The notes: generated by a model from the letters alone, not told the origin. A stretch of DNA of 64,000 nt from an uncultured Chlamydiae bacterium (GCA_963830365.1 CAWHMU010000040.1:34154-98153), one strand, 5' to 3'; shown: positions 10,091 through 21,034, numbered from the stretch's first letter. Made by a program: numbers and translations.

Positions 10091-11216
10091 AATAGGCCTG
10101 CGATTCATGACGCCATCAAGTTCATCATCAAGTTCATCGTCGAATTCTTCATGCAAGCGCTCCCTTGAGGATATATATCCTGCCACCTCAGCTGAAGTTC
10201 AGCCGGCTGCCGGCAGCGACAGCCCAAAGATTCATAAACAGGCCAAAGACAACCATATCACGCATGTGGCAATGCCTCTCTTAAGCCTTAAAGAGCATTC
10301 CGAAGAAAGTTATCTGCTAGATAAATCCATCATACCTTGCCAAAACGTTGTTTTGGAAAATACAGAATTTAAGGCCGGTGGCGATGGATCCAAACGAACG
10401 CCATTTCAGCCGGCCCCCCTTGCTTCCATGGCTTCCTTGGCTTCCATTGCTTCCATGGGCAGAGGGTTAGTTACATCTCCCTTTTTACCAGTCCGAATGA
10501 ACCGGCCGGCGGCTGAAAATAAAATATTAACATCTAGCAAAGAGGCGCTTGCACAGCTGTCCAAAGACATTGCCGCCATCGGCTATGCTTTCACCGCCGA
10601 CAAGCTAGCCCTCATCTGCCAGCTTGTCGAAGAAGAAATAAACAAACCCAACCGTTCAACACAGACCAAACAGGACTCTTCCCTATTCATCAATATAGAG
10701 AAGAGCAAATGCCGCCATTCGCTATATGCCGCCTTGCCTAAGCTGCAAGCATGCCTGGACCTTATGACAAAGCGGGTAAAAATCCATATTAAAGTCGCCA
10801 AGTCCGATACGGAGCTGGGAACAAGCAAGAATTTTTCCAAAGCCATAACCTTATCTTTCACGCACCAAGCAGCCCCAAAAGCTGAGCTGCATGCCAGGCT
10901 TAGTGCTAAAGCAGGCTATACCGTACAGGTGCAGAAGGAAGCGTTGTTCCATCAACAGCTGCAGCAAGCTTTAACTTCAGAAGCTACTGCCATTTGCCAG
11001 CTGCATGAGACGACCCCCCTTTATACCGGCAAAGCAAAGACCAAAAAAATCGTGATGTACACTGACTACTATCATGGCGGCGACCTCTTTAATTATTTAT
11101 CTCTCTCTTTTGACTCGTCTTCCTGGAAGTCCCTTTCCAAAGCAGAACAACTGTCACATTGGCTGCCGGTCATGCACGATATGGCTAAAGCTGTGCATGC
11201 CGTCCATCAATTATCA

Positions 11217-12932
11217 CCTCATTTCCCGTAAGAATTATAACTAGGTACAATACAAGTCATTAAACAACAATGCTTTGACACTTAACTTTAAAACTTCTTT
11301 CCTTTTTTCATGGTTATAATTATAACCATGAAAAAAGGAAATCATATGACCTATCGAGTACATCAGATAAACAAGAAAACTGGCATTACATATGTTTATG
11401 AGGCTGTTTCATGCTGGGATAAGAAAAAAAAACAAGCGCGCAATAAACAGGTGTGCATTGGCAAACTTGATCCTGCCAACGGAGAATTCGTTCCGGCTAA
11501 GCGTCTTGCGCCTGAACAAGCTGCTGTTAGAGATCCGATTGTCACAGCATCTGCCGAGATAGTAGGATCTTCGATTATTCTCGACACCATCACCGACCAG
11601 TTAGGTCTGGAAGGGCTGCTAAAATCCAGCTTTCCTAAGGAGTACCGACAGATTCTAACAATGGCTTACTATCTCGTTTCCCAAGGTGGTCCTTTGAGCC
11701 ATTGTGGGGCGTGGTGCAAAAGTCATGCACATCCTTTTGGAACACCATTAACGAGCCAGTGCATCACTGAGATCCTTCGTGCAATTAGCATCGACAAGAA
11801 ACAAACTTTTTTCACGAAATGGATGAATAAGGTTTTGGAGGATGATTACCTTTGTTACGATATCACTTCCATCTCATCATACTCAGAACTCAATGAATAC
11901 ATCAAATACGGCCACAACCGTGACTTAGACAAGTTACCGCAGCTGAATCTTGCCATACTCTTCGGCCAAAAGGGACGCTTGCCCGTGTATTTCGAACGGA
12001 TTCCAGGAAACATCACCGATGTCACTACATTACACAACCTTCTAAAGACCTTCAAAGCTTTGGAGACAAAGACCCTTCACTATGTGATGGACAAGGGGTT
12101 CTACAGCAAGAAAAACGTTGATGAACTGCTTGCTTCTAGAGACAAGTTCATGCTATCGGTTCCTCTGAACAATAAATGGGTACAGCACGCTATTGATGAT
12201 ATCTATGAGGTCATTCACGGGCCTGAGGGATACCAAAAGCTTGATGATGAAATCCTTTATGTCCACTCTCGCCTCTACCCATGGGGAAAGGACAACCGTC
12301 GCTGCTACCTACATCTTTACTACAATGCACATGCACGGGCTAATGCAGTCGATCGGTTTAGCGAGGAACTGGTTGGATACAAGAAGGAACTGGAATCAGG
12401 AAAAGCCATAAATGAGCACCAAGAAGCATATGATACATTTTTTGTGGTGAAGACAACCCCTAAACGGGGAATTCAAGTTTCGTACAACACCCAGGCTGTA
12501 AACCAGTACATTAATCGCTATGCTGGATTCCAAGCATTGCTGACCAATAGCATCAAAAGCCCAACGGAATCTCTACAGATCTATCGAGACAAAGACATCG
12601 TGGAAAAGTGCTTCGATGATCTTAAAAATCAGTTAGACATGAAGCGTCTGCGTATGCACAGCTCTGCAACTGTTGATGGCAGGCTCTTCGTTCAGTTCAT
12701 TGCTCTTATCTATGTAAGCGCTTTACGTAGAGAGATGAGAAAGTCTACGCTTATTGAGCGCTACACAGTTCGCGAGCTTCTGCAAGAAATGGACACGCTA
12801 ACCAAAGTGAAGTATTCCGGCAAGTACGGGCACATTCTCACAGAGATGACGAAACCACAGCGAGATATTTTGAAAGACCTGAACATTACCCTGCCTAGCA
12901 AGACCTAGTTATAATTTTTACGGGAAATGAGG
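11217..12932 (+). mobile_element. IS1634-family insertion sequence, copy 1 (1716 bp)
   Basis: 30-bp TIR CCTCATTTCCCGTAA(G/A)AATTATAACTAGGT; 6-bp TSD TTATCA (11211-11216, 12933-12938). Confidence 0.93.
11346..12908 (+). CDS. IS1634-family DDE transposase
   Basis: YDITS, GN..DV, MDKGFYS, Y..KD.VEKCF...K motifs; stop codon lies inside the right TIR. Confidence 0.92.
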   Translation: MTYRVHQINKKTGITYVYEAVSCWDKKKKQARNKQVCIGKLDPANGEFVPAKRLAPEQAAVRDPIVTASAEIVGSSIILDTITDQLGLEGLLKSSFPKEYRQILTMAYYLVSQGGPLSHCGAWCKSHAHPFGTPLTSQCITEILRAISIDKKQTFFTKWMNKVLEDDYLCYDITSISSYSELNEYIKYGHNRDLDKLPQLNLAILFGQKGRLPVYFERIPGNITDVTTLHNLLKTFKALETKTLHYVMDKGFYSKKNVDELLASRDKFMLSVPLNNKWVQHAIDDIYEVIHGPEGYQKLDDEILYVHSRLYPWGKDNRRCYLHLYYNAHARANAVDRFSEELVGYKKELESGKAINEHQEAYDTFFVVKTTPKRGIQVSYNTQAVNQYINRYAGFQALLTNSIKSPTESLQIYRDKDIVEKCFDDLKNQLDMKRLRMHSSATVDGRLFVQFIALIYVSALRREMRKSTLIERYTVRELLQEMDTLTKVKYSGKYGHILTEMTKPQRDILKDLNITLPSKT

Positions 12933-13897
12933 TTATCATGCGTGCATATCGATATCAAGCTGGCTAATTTCCTGGTGCAAATGGACGCTAATGGGAAATA
13001 TATAGCCACGGCCTTGGCAGATTTCGGCACCACCCGCCAGGTTGGACAAGCCATAGAATACTTGGGAATGACTCCTGAAACTGTTTCGTGCGAAATGCTG
13101 AAATGGGCCTCGGGCAAAGACAAAGATCAGCGGCATCTCGGCCTGCCGCTGGATATATGGGCCTTGGGATGCAGCTTCTATGGCCTATACATGGAGCGCA
13201 ATATCGGCTGGTCGTATCTGCTGAGTGCCTTTTACAGTTGCCTACGCCTAAAACGTGCCCTGACATTAAATATCCTCAAAGAAGATGGCGCCGATGATAG
13301 TAAAAGCGATCCAGACTGGGAACCTAAAGCTCTGTCTGATCGATTCAAAAAGATGGAGGATCTGGTCGAAGAACTGCCTACGCATCATTTAGGCAGGTTA
13401 GATTTCGAGGTAAAACCAAAACGGCCGGTGCTACGCATGTACAAACAGGTTGAAGCGCTGGATGAACAATGCAAAGCCCTGCTTGAAGAGGCAAAGAAAC
13501 AGTTATCGCATTCAAATCAACTGTCTTTGCCAATACATCTATATCTCGCCCTAAGCAGCCTGATGGATAAACTCGCCGATAAGCTATTGGCGGTATTTGA
13601 CGCTTTGGGAACGATGCCCATACCCGATAAAGATAACCAAAATCCGTCCAAAGAGGTCTTAGTGCAATGCTTGATCTGGCAGATGCTGCATCCCGATCCG
13701 ACGGCCAGACCCACTAGCCAAGATATCGTTGCAGCCCTCTTCAAGCTCGGCTGACGGCATAGCCAAAATTTGTGGTTCATCCGGTGTTACAGGCCAAGGA
13801 CGTGAGTAAGATATATGATTTTCCCCAGGCGAAGCTCATCTCTTTGTGACTTACAATAAGCATGATAAAGAGCTTGTGGCAAATGTGCATGACAAAT

Positions 13898-13927
13898 TTG
13901 ACTTTTTATCTTGTTAGAATTATCCCT
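13898..13927 (+). promoter_or_regulatory. Putative promoter of kinase 3
   Basis: TTGACT-N17-TATCCC(T), same AAATTTGAC.TTTT context as 8239-8272. Confidence 0.45.
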
Positions 13928-13984
13928 GTATACAGATGAGACTTACCTTTTTTGTTGTATAAACCTAATAAATTAGGATAACAA

Positions 13985-15904
13985 ATGACCTCACCAAGCT
14001 CAGGAATCTCATCCACATCATCAATGGCTACGGTTGCTTACCAGCCAACAGCTGCCACTGGCGCGTCACAAACTGGTAGCCGGACGACAGCCTCTGCCTG
14101 TATTAATGATGCCCTGCCAATAGCCTCATCTTGTAAACAAAAAACCCCTACAACCACTATAACAAGCCTCTTATGCCAATGTTTTCTGCCACAGGAAGAG
14201 GAATCAAAATCGGCCTCCCATCGCTTGCCACGCCAAGCCGGCTCCGGCACTGGCCGTGATAAATATTCATATTCCGGGCAGCGATTTTCCTCAATTTCCG
14301 AAATGCCGACGCATGGCTCCGCAGCTCCCAAAATGGCCATCAAATTTAGTGATGAGATGCATGAGCAAATTCTTAAACGATTTGCCGAGTTGGGGGTCTC
14401 TTATTCCAAAGATGTGCTGGACGCCATCTTCGAGCTTGCCAATGCCGAAATCCAACGCCCTACACGTTCATCATGGACTCTGCATGGCCCCTCCTTATTC
14501 ATAAATATAAAAAAAAGTGCCTGCCAAGATGCCCTTAAATACAGCAACTTGCCCAAAATTCAGGTGCATATCGACCAGACGACACAAAGGATTCAGCTGT
14601 TTATCAAAACCACGCCGTCAAATAAAGATATTGGCTCCACCAAAAAACTTTCCAAAGCGCTATGTCTGTCTTTTATGCCGGAGGCCTCCCCGGATGCATG
14701 CATGGAAATCAAAATGCAGGCCCGTTTAAGCGCTAAACATCTACACGTCGACGGGTTGAAAAGAGAGGCCGACTTGCATAGCCGCCTCCAAAAATCATAT
14801 GACACCTCTCAACCGTTTTCCATTTGCTGTCTCGATCTGGCCACACCAAAATATGCAGGTAAAGCCAATCAGGAGAAAATTGTGCTTTATAGCGAATATT
14901 GCGAAGGGGGGGACCTGTTCGCATTTACTTTGAAAATGATTGAAAATTTTAAAAAAAACCAGCTGTCGACGCAGCAACAGAAAGTCTATCTGCGCCCGCT
15001 CATAGAGGATTTGATTAAAGCCGTGGCGGATTTCCACCAGGAAATGGAGAGTAAAGATCAGTATGTCCATCTGGATATCAAGCCAGAGAATTTCTTTGTG
15101 CGCTTGGAAAATAATAAATATCGCCTGGTTTTAGGTGATTTAGGTACCGCCCAAAAGACCGGACAAAACTTCATCTCAGGAAAAACGACTCCCGAATACA
15201 CCTGTGAGTTATTTAAATATAGGCAGGGATTGATTAAAGACTTTTCCACCATCGGTCAGCCAGCCGATATCTGGGCCCTGGGCTGCTGCATTTATGAGCT
15301 CTATATGCAGCGCTCACCGCGCTGGGCTAATTTGCTTAGCTCCTACCAGACCTTCGATAGCCTTTATTCGCAGGCCTCCAAATGCACGCTTGTCACCATG
15401 TCCCAAGGCGAACTAGATGTCGCCTTGAAGAAGCTCCAGCGGCTAACCAAAGACATCGCCTCTTTGTCTGCCGAATTTCTGGCCGACTTGCAATTTACAC
15501 CAGGCGTACCTAGTGACAAAGAAATCCATGAAAGAGCCATCGCCCAAAAACTTGTCATGCGTGGACTGATAAGCCAGAGCGAGGCGCTGGTTAAAGAGAT
15601 CACAAGCAATTTCCTCAGCAAAAAAGCCACTTATTTTCCCAAAGAACTGCATGCAGCTCTAAACACTGTCAGGCAGCTGCTGTCACAAAAAATTCTAACC
15701 GCTTGGGATGTTTTGGAAAAGATGCCCACTCCAACTCCGGACAAGTCAAAATCCGCAGAAGAAAACTTCTACGAGGCCTTGATTTGGGTCATGCTGCGCC
15801 CCGATCCATCCGCACGCATCAACAGAGAAGGTCTCCTCAAACTCTTTGCCGAACTTACCGACATCAGCGACGCAGCCTACTTCACCCCTTCCCAAATGTC
15901 CTGA
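13985..15904 (+). CDS. Ser/Thr protein kinase-fold protein, effector-like (kinase 3)
   Basis: GGDLF, HLDIKPEN, DLG, DIWALG, MLRPDPSAR; Ser/Thr-rich N-terminus. Confidence 0.9.
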   Translation: MTSPSSGISSTSSMATVAYQPTAATGASQTGSRTTASACINDALPIASSCKQKTPTTTITSLLCQCFLPQEEESKSASHRLPRQAGSGTGRDKYSYSGQRFSSISEMPTHGSAAPKMAIKFSDEMHEQILKRFAELGVSYSKDVLDAIFELANAEIQRPTRSSWTLHGPSLFINIKKSACQDALKYSNLPKIQVHIDQTTQRIQLFIKTTPSNKDIGSTKKLSKALCLSFMPEASPDACMEIKMQARLSAKHLHVDGLKREADLHSRLQKSYDTSQPFSICCLDLATPKYAGKANQEKIVLYSEYCEGGDLFAFTLKMIENFKKNQLSTQQQKVYLRPLIEDLIKAVADFHQEMESKDQYVHLDIKPENFFVRLENNKYRLVLGDLGTAQKTGQNFISGKTTPEYTCELFKYRQGLIKDFSTIGQPADIWALGCCIYELYMQRSPRWANLLSSYQTFDSLYSQASKCTLVTMSQGELDVALKKLQRLTKDIASLSAEFLADLQFTPGVPSDKEIHERAIAQKLVMRGLISQSEALVKEITSNFLSKKATYFPKELHAALNTVRQLLSQKILTAWDVLEKMPTPTPDKSKSAEENFYEALIWVMLRPDPSARINREGLLKLFAELTDISDAAYFTPSQMS

Positions 15905-15914
15905 AAATCCCATA

Positions 15915-15956
15915 TATACCATGATCTAGTGAGAATTTGACATATTGGACTGCGCG
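15915..15956. repeat. Half copy of palindromic family E element
   Basis: TATACCATGATCTAGTGAGAATTTGACATATTGGACTGCGCG, identical to 24028-24069. Confidence 0.8.
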
Positions 15957-15975
15957 CAAAAAAACAAGCAAAAAA

Positions 15976-16176
15976 GGTTCATCACGCAAATGAGTACCTA
16001 ATTAACAAAACCCTAAGAGCAATCTCCATTTTCCTTCTCTGTGCCTCTGTGTCTCGGTGGTGAAGTCTTTCGTAACGCTTTGATTAATAATACTACACCA
16101 CCAGAAAGCAGATTTTACCACAGAGACACAGAGAAGGTCAGGAAAACCTCATAGGTACTCATTTGCGTGATGAGCC
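15976..16176. mobile_element. MITE, family C (GGYTCATC termini)
   Basis: TIR GGTTCATCACGCAAATGAGTACCTA...TAGGTACTCATTTGCGTGATGAGCC; flanks GCAAAAAA/CCAAAAAA (7/8 TSD); inverted homolog at 33851-34059. Confidence 0.85.
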
Positions 16177-16321
16177 CCAAAAAACGCATCGGCAAAATGA
16201 GGTAATGCCAATAAAACACTTAACAAATTAATAAACAACACAAGCGAGTAAAGGTTATGCTAGCTTATTATTCATATTGCTTGTATACTGTTGCTTCCAT
16301 AATATTTATTGTGTAGGTTTT

Positions 16322-17977
16322 ATGTCTTTTGATTCACGCGTGCTTTCCCAGCTTACCACTTCAAATATCCCGGCTAATAACGGGCATGCGCTGCCGGCGG
16401 CTGGCGGAAGTCCCGCCAAACTTCAGCACCAAGGCGATGAAAATCAGCTCGCAGGCGCTGAATACAAAGAGAATGGCGGCGCGTTAAATGGTCGGTGTAT
16501 TACCTCACAGGCGCCTTCCATCAGCATTAAGGTTAATGCTGCAATGTTGGCGCAAATTGCTCAAATTACAGACAGCTATCAGCCTGCTATCGAGGAAATG
16601 CCGTTCTTAGATGAAGATGTGTTGCAGTTTATTTTTAATGACGTAAATCATCGTATTGAAAAAAAAACCAATGACGTCTTTTTCCGCATTCCCCTGCATG
16701 TAAACGGTCAAAAGTCTTGTATCCATGCTTTTGTGGATAAAAGAAATCTCACGGTGGATGTTAATATACAGACATCATCAGCTGTAGACGAAAATTACGC
16801 CAATTCTTCAAAGGCTTTTGGTTTTCGTTTTGCTTCAGGCGACATTCAGCAAGTCACTCCATTGATCAAATTGAATACCAAGCCCGATGTGCAGCCAGAT
16901 CAGTTTATGAATGAACTGAAGTCCTATCGATACATGGACACACGATCGGCTGAACGGGGGGCGGCGTCCTATGTGCCTGCCATACATCACGCTTATTCTT
17001 ATCCGAGCGAGCACCATGGCCAGTCGGAATCTGTCATGTATTTAGAAAGAGGCCTGTGTAATCTAGCTGAGATCAATAGAAACAACATAACATCGGCTGT
17101 TTATGGCAATCTCATTAAGGCCGTAGCCTCTTTCCATGATCTGAATCTAGCACATGGCAACCTAACTTTGGAAAACATACGGGTTAAGGAGAATACAGAT
17201 GGAACGACTCGTTTCGTGCTCACTGGTTTAGCTTCGTCGCATGATATGCGCGATGATAGAGACCCATCCTTTGCCATTCCGAACTACTGTTCACCCGAAA
17301 TGCTGGAACGGATAGAAGCCGATGGCCAAAATCCCTCACAGCTTGGACAATCCAGTGATATCTGGGCTTTGGGTTGCTGCTTTTATAAACTTTATACCGG
17401 CAATGAACCGCGCTGGTCGCCGCTGGTTAATGCATACGTCTACTTGATAGGGTTCGCAAATCAGATAAATGTGGCCATTGCCAACCAGCCAGGATTGCCT
17501 GTTGATGATACTGTTCCAGAACACTTTATCACCGGACAGCCAAGAAAGGACATCGATGGTCTAAAAGTGCATATGAAAGGTCTGGAAGATGATATCAAAG
17601 CACTGTCTGCTGATCATCTGGCTTATTTAGAAGGCACGCTGGAAAGTATGCCAGAGACTGGACAATTAGCTGCCATGGATGACGAGCTCGCTGACTTGGT
17701 TGATCGCATGAAAGATGATCTAACTCGTGCTCTTTACGTGATTGACGATTTAAAGCGCACTGGCGTGCCTCTTGATGAGGTGGGTAAAGCATTTGAAAGC
17801 CTAAGAGATGCACTGAAGACGAAACTTTTTGCGACATTTGCCGTTTTAAATAACACACCTAAACCGATAAATAATCCCATCGCAAACTTGATTTTGCAGA
17901 TGTTGCGTCCTGATCTGGATGTTAGAGGCGATATCGAATCGATTGAGGAGTCTTTTACCTGGTACACTCGTTCATAA
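16322..17977 (+). CDS. Pseudokinase, divergent paralog (kinase 4)
   Basis: Catalytic loop HGNLTLEN (Asp lost), DFG replaced by TGL; YCSPE, SDIWALGCCFY and MLRPD retained. Start taken at ATG 16322. Confidence 0.82.
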   Translation: MSFDSRVLSQLTTSNIPANNGHALPAAGGSPAKLQHQGDENQLAGAEYKENGGALNGRCITSQAPSISIKVNAAMLAQIAQITDSYQPAIEEMPFLDEDVLQFIFNDVNHRIEKKTNDVFFRIPLHVNGQKSCIHAFVDKRNLTVDVNIQTSSAVDENYANSSKAFGFRFASGDIQQVTPLIKLNTKPDVQPDQFMNELKSYRYMDTRSAERGAASYVPAIHHAYSYPSEHHGQSESVMYLERGLCNLAEINRNNITSAVYGNLIKAVASFHDLNLAHGNLTLENIRVKENTDGTTRFVLTGLASSHDMRDDRDPSFAIPNYCSPEMLERIEADGQNPSQLGQSSDIWALGCCFYKLYTGNEPRWSPLVNAYVYLIGFANQINVAIANQPGLPVDDTVPEHFITGQPRKDIDGLKVHMKGLEDDIKALSADHLAYLEGTLESMPETGQLAAMDDELADLVDRMKDDLTRALYVIDDLKRTGVPLDEVGKAFESLRDALKTKLFATFAVLNNTPKPINNPIANLILQMLRPDLDVRGDIESIEESFTWYTRS

Positions 17978-18035
17978 GAGCGCATCGTAAAAGGAATCTG
18001 CTCGCGAACCCCATTTTTCTAGCTTCCCTTGTATC

Positions 18036-18059
18036 TTTGATTTATGTACACTTATCAAA
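18036..18059. promoter_or_regulatory. Imperfect palindrome upstream of umuD, candidate operator
   Basis: TTTGAT-TTA-TGTACA-CTT-ATCAAA, 21 bp before the ATG. Confidence 0.5.
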
Positions 18060-18080
18060 AAGGGCTGTGGAGGAAGAAAT

Positions 18081-18596
18081 ATGTCTAGAGGTGGCAACCG
18101 GCCGGGCGCCGGCAGGCCCAAGGGGAGCGGACACTTTGGCGAAAAGACGCAGCCGCTGCGCATCCCGGAAAGCGCCATAGATCAGGTGCTAAAATATGTG
18201 CAACACAGCTTTTACCGCCTGCCCTTATATCAAACGGCCGTCTCGGCGGGCTTTCCCTCTCCGGCCGAAGATGAGATCGACCAGCATCTGGATCTGAACG
18301 AATTGCTGATCAAACATCCGGCGGCCACTTTCTTCTTAAAAGTGGCCGGGGATTCGATGCTCAAAGCGGGCATCCATCATAATGACATCCTGGTCGTCGA
18401 CCGCAGCCTGACGCCGGCGTCCGGCAAAATCGTCATCGGCGTGCTCAACGGCGAGCTCACCGTCAAGCGCCTGCATCTCCAAGGCAAAAAAGTCTTTCTA
18501 GTCCCCGAAAACGACGCCTACCCCACCATCGAAATCAGCGAAGCCATGGATTTCAGCATCTGGGGCGTCGTGACGAGCGTCATCCACACAGTTTAG
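18081..18596 (+). CDS. umuD: UmuD/LexA-type S24 autopeptidase with basic N-terminal extension
   Basis: VSAGFPSPA cleavage region, GDSM Ser, TVKR Lys; N-terminal GGNRPGAGRPKG. Confidence 0.92.
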   Translation: MSRGGNRPGAGRPKGSGHFGEKTQPLRIPESAIDQVLKYVQHSFYRLPLYQTAVSAGFPSPAEDEIDQHLDLNELLIKHPAATFFLKVAGDSMLKAGIHHNDILVVDRSLTPASGKIVIGVLNGELTVKRLHLQGKKVFLVPENDAYPTIEISEAMDFSIWGVVTSVIHTV

Positions 18597-18626
18597 TTTA
18601 TACCACACCTCTTAGCCGGAAAAACG

Positions 18627-19901
18627 ATGCCTCATTTTGTGCTTGTCGATTGCAACAACTTCTACGCCTCCTGCGAGCGGCTGTTTGACCCGCGCCTGGA
18701 AGGTCGCCCCGTGGTTGTCCTCTCCAATAACGACGGCTGCGTCATCGCCCGCTCGCAGGAAGCCAAGCAGCTGGGCATTAAAATGGGCGACCCTTTTTTC
18801 AAAATCAAACACTTCTGCCACCACTATCACGTCGCCGTCTGCTCCTCCAACTACGCCCTTTATGGCAATCTGTCCCAACGGGTGATGGAGATTTTGGGCG
18901 CACAGGTCCATGACATCGAAATCTATTCCATCGATGAAGCCTTCCTTAGCTACCCTTCGATGATGGCACTCGATGCGCTTGCCACTCAATGCAGCCGGCT
19001 GCGCGGCCTCATCAAACAATGGGTCGGCCTGCCGGTTTCGCTAGGCATCGCCCCCACCAAGACGCTGGCCAAACTGGCCAACAGCTTCGCCAAAAAAATT
19101 CCCGCCGGGGTTTTTGATCTGTCGTCGCCGCATGCGCAAGAAAGACTGAAGAGCGTCCCTGTAGAGGATGTATGGGGGGTGGGAGGAGGCTTGCAAGCCT
19201 CATTCAATGCTATGGGCATTTATAGCGCCTGGGAACTGCGCACAGCCGATCCGGCTTTCATCCGCCGCCACCTGGGCGTGGTGGCAGAGCGCCTGGTATG
19301 GGAGCTTTGCGGCATAAGCTGCCTGGCCATCATGCCGCCGGCCGCCAGACAAAATATCGCCAGCTCGCGCGCCTTCGGCAAACCCGTCTCCTGCCCACTC
19401 CAGCTGGCAGAAGCCCTGTCTACCTATGTCAATACCGCCTGCACCAAGCTGCGCAAACAAAACTACTGCGCTTCTGCCATCTACGTCTATCTTGAAGCCA
19501 TCATGCCTGGCTACGCCGGCAAAGGCCTGTGCCAGGCCACCTCAATGCCGCTGCCCTTCCCCACCAATGACACCGCCCACCTCATCACCGCCGCTAAAAA
19601 ATGCCTGCATAAGCTCTATGTCAAAGGACAGCCATACAAGAAATGCGGCGTCATGCTGCTGGATCTGCTGCCGGAGAATAACGTGCCGCAGGACCTCTTC
19701 GGCCAAAACCATGCTCCCAAGCGGCAGCAGCTATTGCAGGCTGTCGACAGCATCAATGCGAAATTCGGCAAGAAAACGCTGTTCTATGGCGCCATGGGTA
19801 CAAATCCTAGGGGCACAAATCCTGCCTGGCAGACGCGCGCCGACTTCCGTTCCCGCGCCTACACCTCCTCATGGCAGGAGCTGGCCATCGCCCATGCCTA
19901 G
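18627..19901 (+). CDS. umuC: Y-family DNA polymerase V subunit UmuC
   Basis: [33 protein letters not shown]-terminal W...YT..W.EL. Confidence 0.95.
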   Translation: MPHFVLVDCNNFYASCERLFDPRLEGRPVVVLSNNDGCVIARSQEAKQLGIKMGDPFFKIKHFCHHYHVAVCSSNYALYGNLSQRVMEILGAQVHDIEIYSIDEAFLSYPSMMALDALATQCSRLRGLIKQWVGLPVSLGIAPTKTLAKLANSFAKKIPAGVFDLSSPHAQERLKSVPVEDVWGVGGGLQASFNAMGIYSAWELRTADPAFIRRHLGVVAERLVWELCGISCLAIMPPAARQNIASSRAFGKPVSCPLQLAEALSTYVNTACTKLRKQNYCASAIYVYLEAIMPGYAGKGLCQATSMPLPFPTNDTAHLITAAKKCLHKLYVKGQPYKKCGVMLLDLLPENNVPQDLFGQNHAPKRQQLLQAVDSINAKFGKKTLFYGAMGTNPRGTNPAWQTRADFRSRAYTSSWQELAIAHA

Positions 19902-19925
19902 GCGTAAATGAGATTTGGCGATATG

Positions 19926-20894
19926 TCAGGTTGTCGGCTTGCCAGTTTGAACGATGTATCGCATGGCATGTTCTGCGTGGGAGAGGGTCACATGCAGACT
20001 GGTCTCGGTAGCAGACAGGCTGATGACCGCATTGACGATGGCAGGATCGACCGGCAAAGCCAACTGCATCAGGATCATCAATTCTAATTGATCATCAGAT
20101 TGCAGCTTATGCTTTGGCTTTCCACAAAATATGGAAAATTCCGTAGAAACCTTACTCAAGGTCTCGTCTAGGCATTTCAGACGCTCGATATCCGTTTTCA
20201 ACTCATCGTATGTGTCTTTAGCTGCTTCGATAATATTTGTGAAACCGGGTGTGTGGTAAAATTTGCAAAAATCATCACCAATAGGTGGTAATGATGACTT
20301 TTCTGAATTGGAAATAGCGTCGGGTGAGAGGGAGTGTGTCGTGATAAAATGGCATAGTTTAGTCTGGCCTGCCTTGATCGTATCTGGATTGACATTTTCG
20401 TCAGCCAACTCCCTGTTTGCACGGGCAAGATAGTCGGCATTTATCAAGTTATTCAGGGCTTTTGCGACAGTGGCTTTTAACGTGCTCAATTCACCACGCG
20501 TCTTGGCCAGGGCCTGCTTACGCTGGGCATCGAAAAGAGGGTCAAACAATTTACGGAAGAAATCGACGATTTTATGCGTTTTGAATAAAATTGACTGCGT
20601 GGGATTTTTCTTTTGCAGCGCCTCCTCTTTCCTGATAAGGCTGTTTAGCGAAGCGTCCAAATGCGTGAAAACTTTAATAGAATTTTGCAACTCTTTTGGG
20701 TCCTTAAAGAGCACAGGTTCTTGCAGGATTCCATTTGCCAACGCAAATACCGATTGCATGGTCGTTTGTTTCAATTTTCCTTTTAAAGTCCTTGTGCTAC
20801 CGCTTTTTTCAGGACTGGCGGCATAGGCCGCCAAAGCATCGTTAATCAGTGAGATGGTTGGAATGTCTGGTTTAATAGCCATAAACAACGCCAT
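19926..20894 (-). CDS. Hypothetical helical/coiled-coil protein (effector-like)
   Basis: 322-aa open frame, no recognisable motif. Confidence 0.7.
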   Translation of the reverse strand: MALFMAIKPDIPTISLINDALAAYAASPEKSGSTRTLKGKLKQTTMQSVFALANGILQEPVLFKDPKELQNSIKVFTHLDASLNSLIRKEEALQKKNPTQSILFKTHKIVDFFRKLFDPLFDAQRKQALAKTRGELSTLKATVAKALNNLINADYLARANRELADENVNPDTIKAGQTKLCHFITTHSLSPDAISNSEKSSLPPIGDDFCKFYHTPGFTNIIEAAKDTYDELKTDIERLKCLDETLSKVSTEFSIFCGKPKHKLQSDDQLELMILMQLALPVDPAIVNAVISLSATETSLHVTLSHAEHAMRYIVQTGKPTT

Positions 20895-21034
20895 TATCGC
20901 ATAATGTAAATTAATTACTAATGCTTATTATATCAGATTGTTATTTAATACATAGATAGTCTTTAGCATATAAACTGCTACTTACCGCAAACACCGGCAC
21001 TCTTGCCGCATAGAGCCAACATAGGAGGGCATCC

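Larger units (their letters stand above)
10107..13754 (+). pseudogene. Ser/Thr kinase paralog (kinase 2) split by IS1634
   Basis: Removing 11217-12932 and one TTATCA copy restores ...HAVHQLS-CVHIDIKLANF...DFG...DIWALG in frame. Confidence 0.92.
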
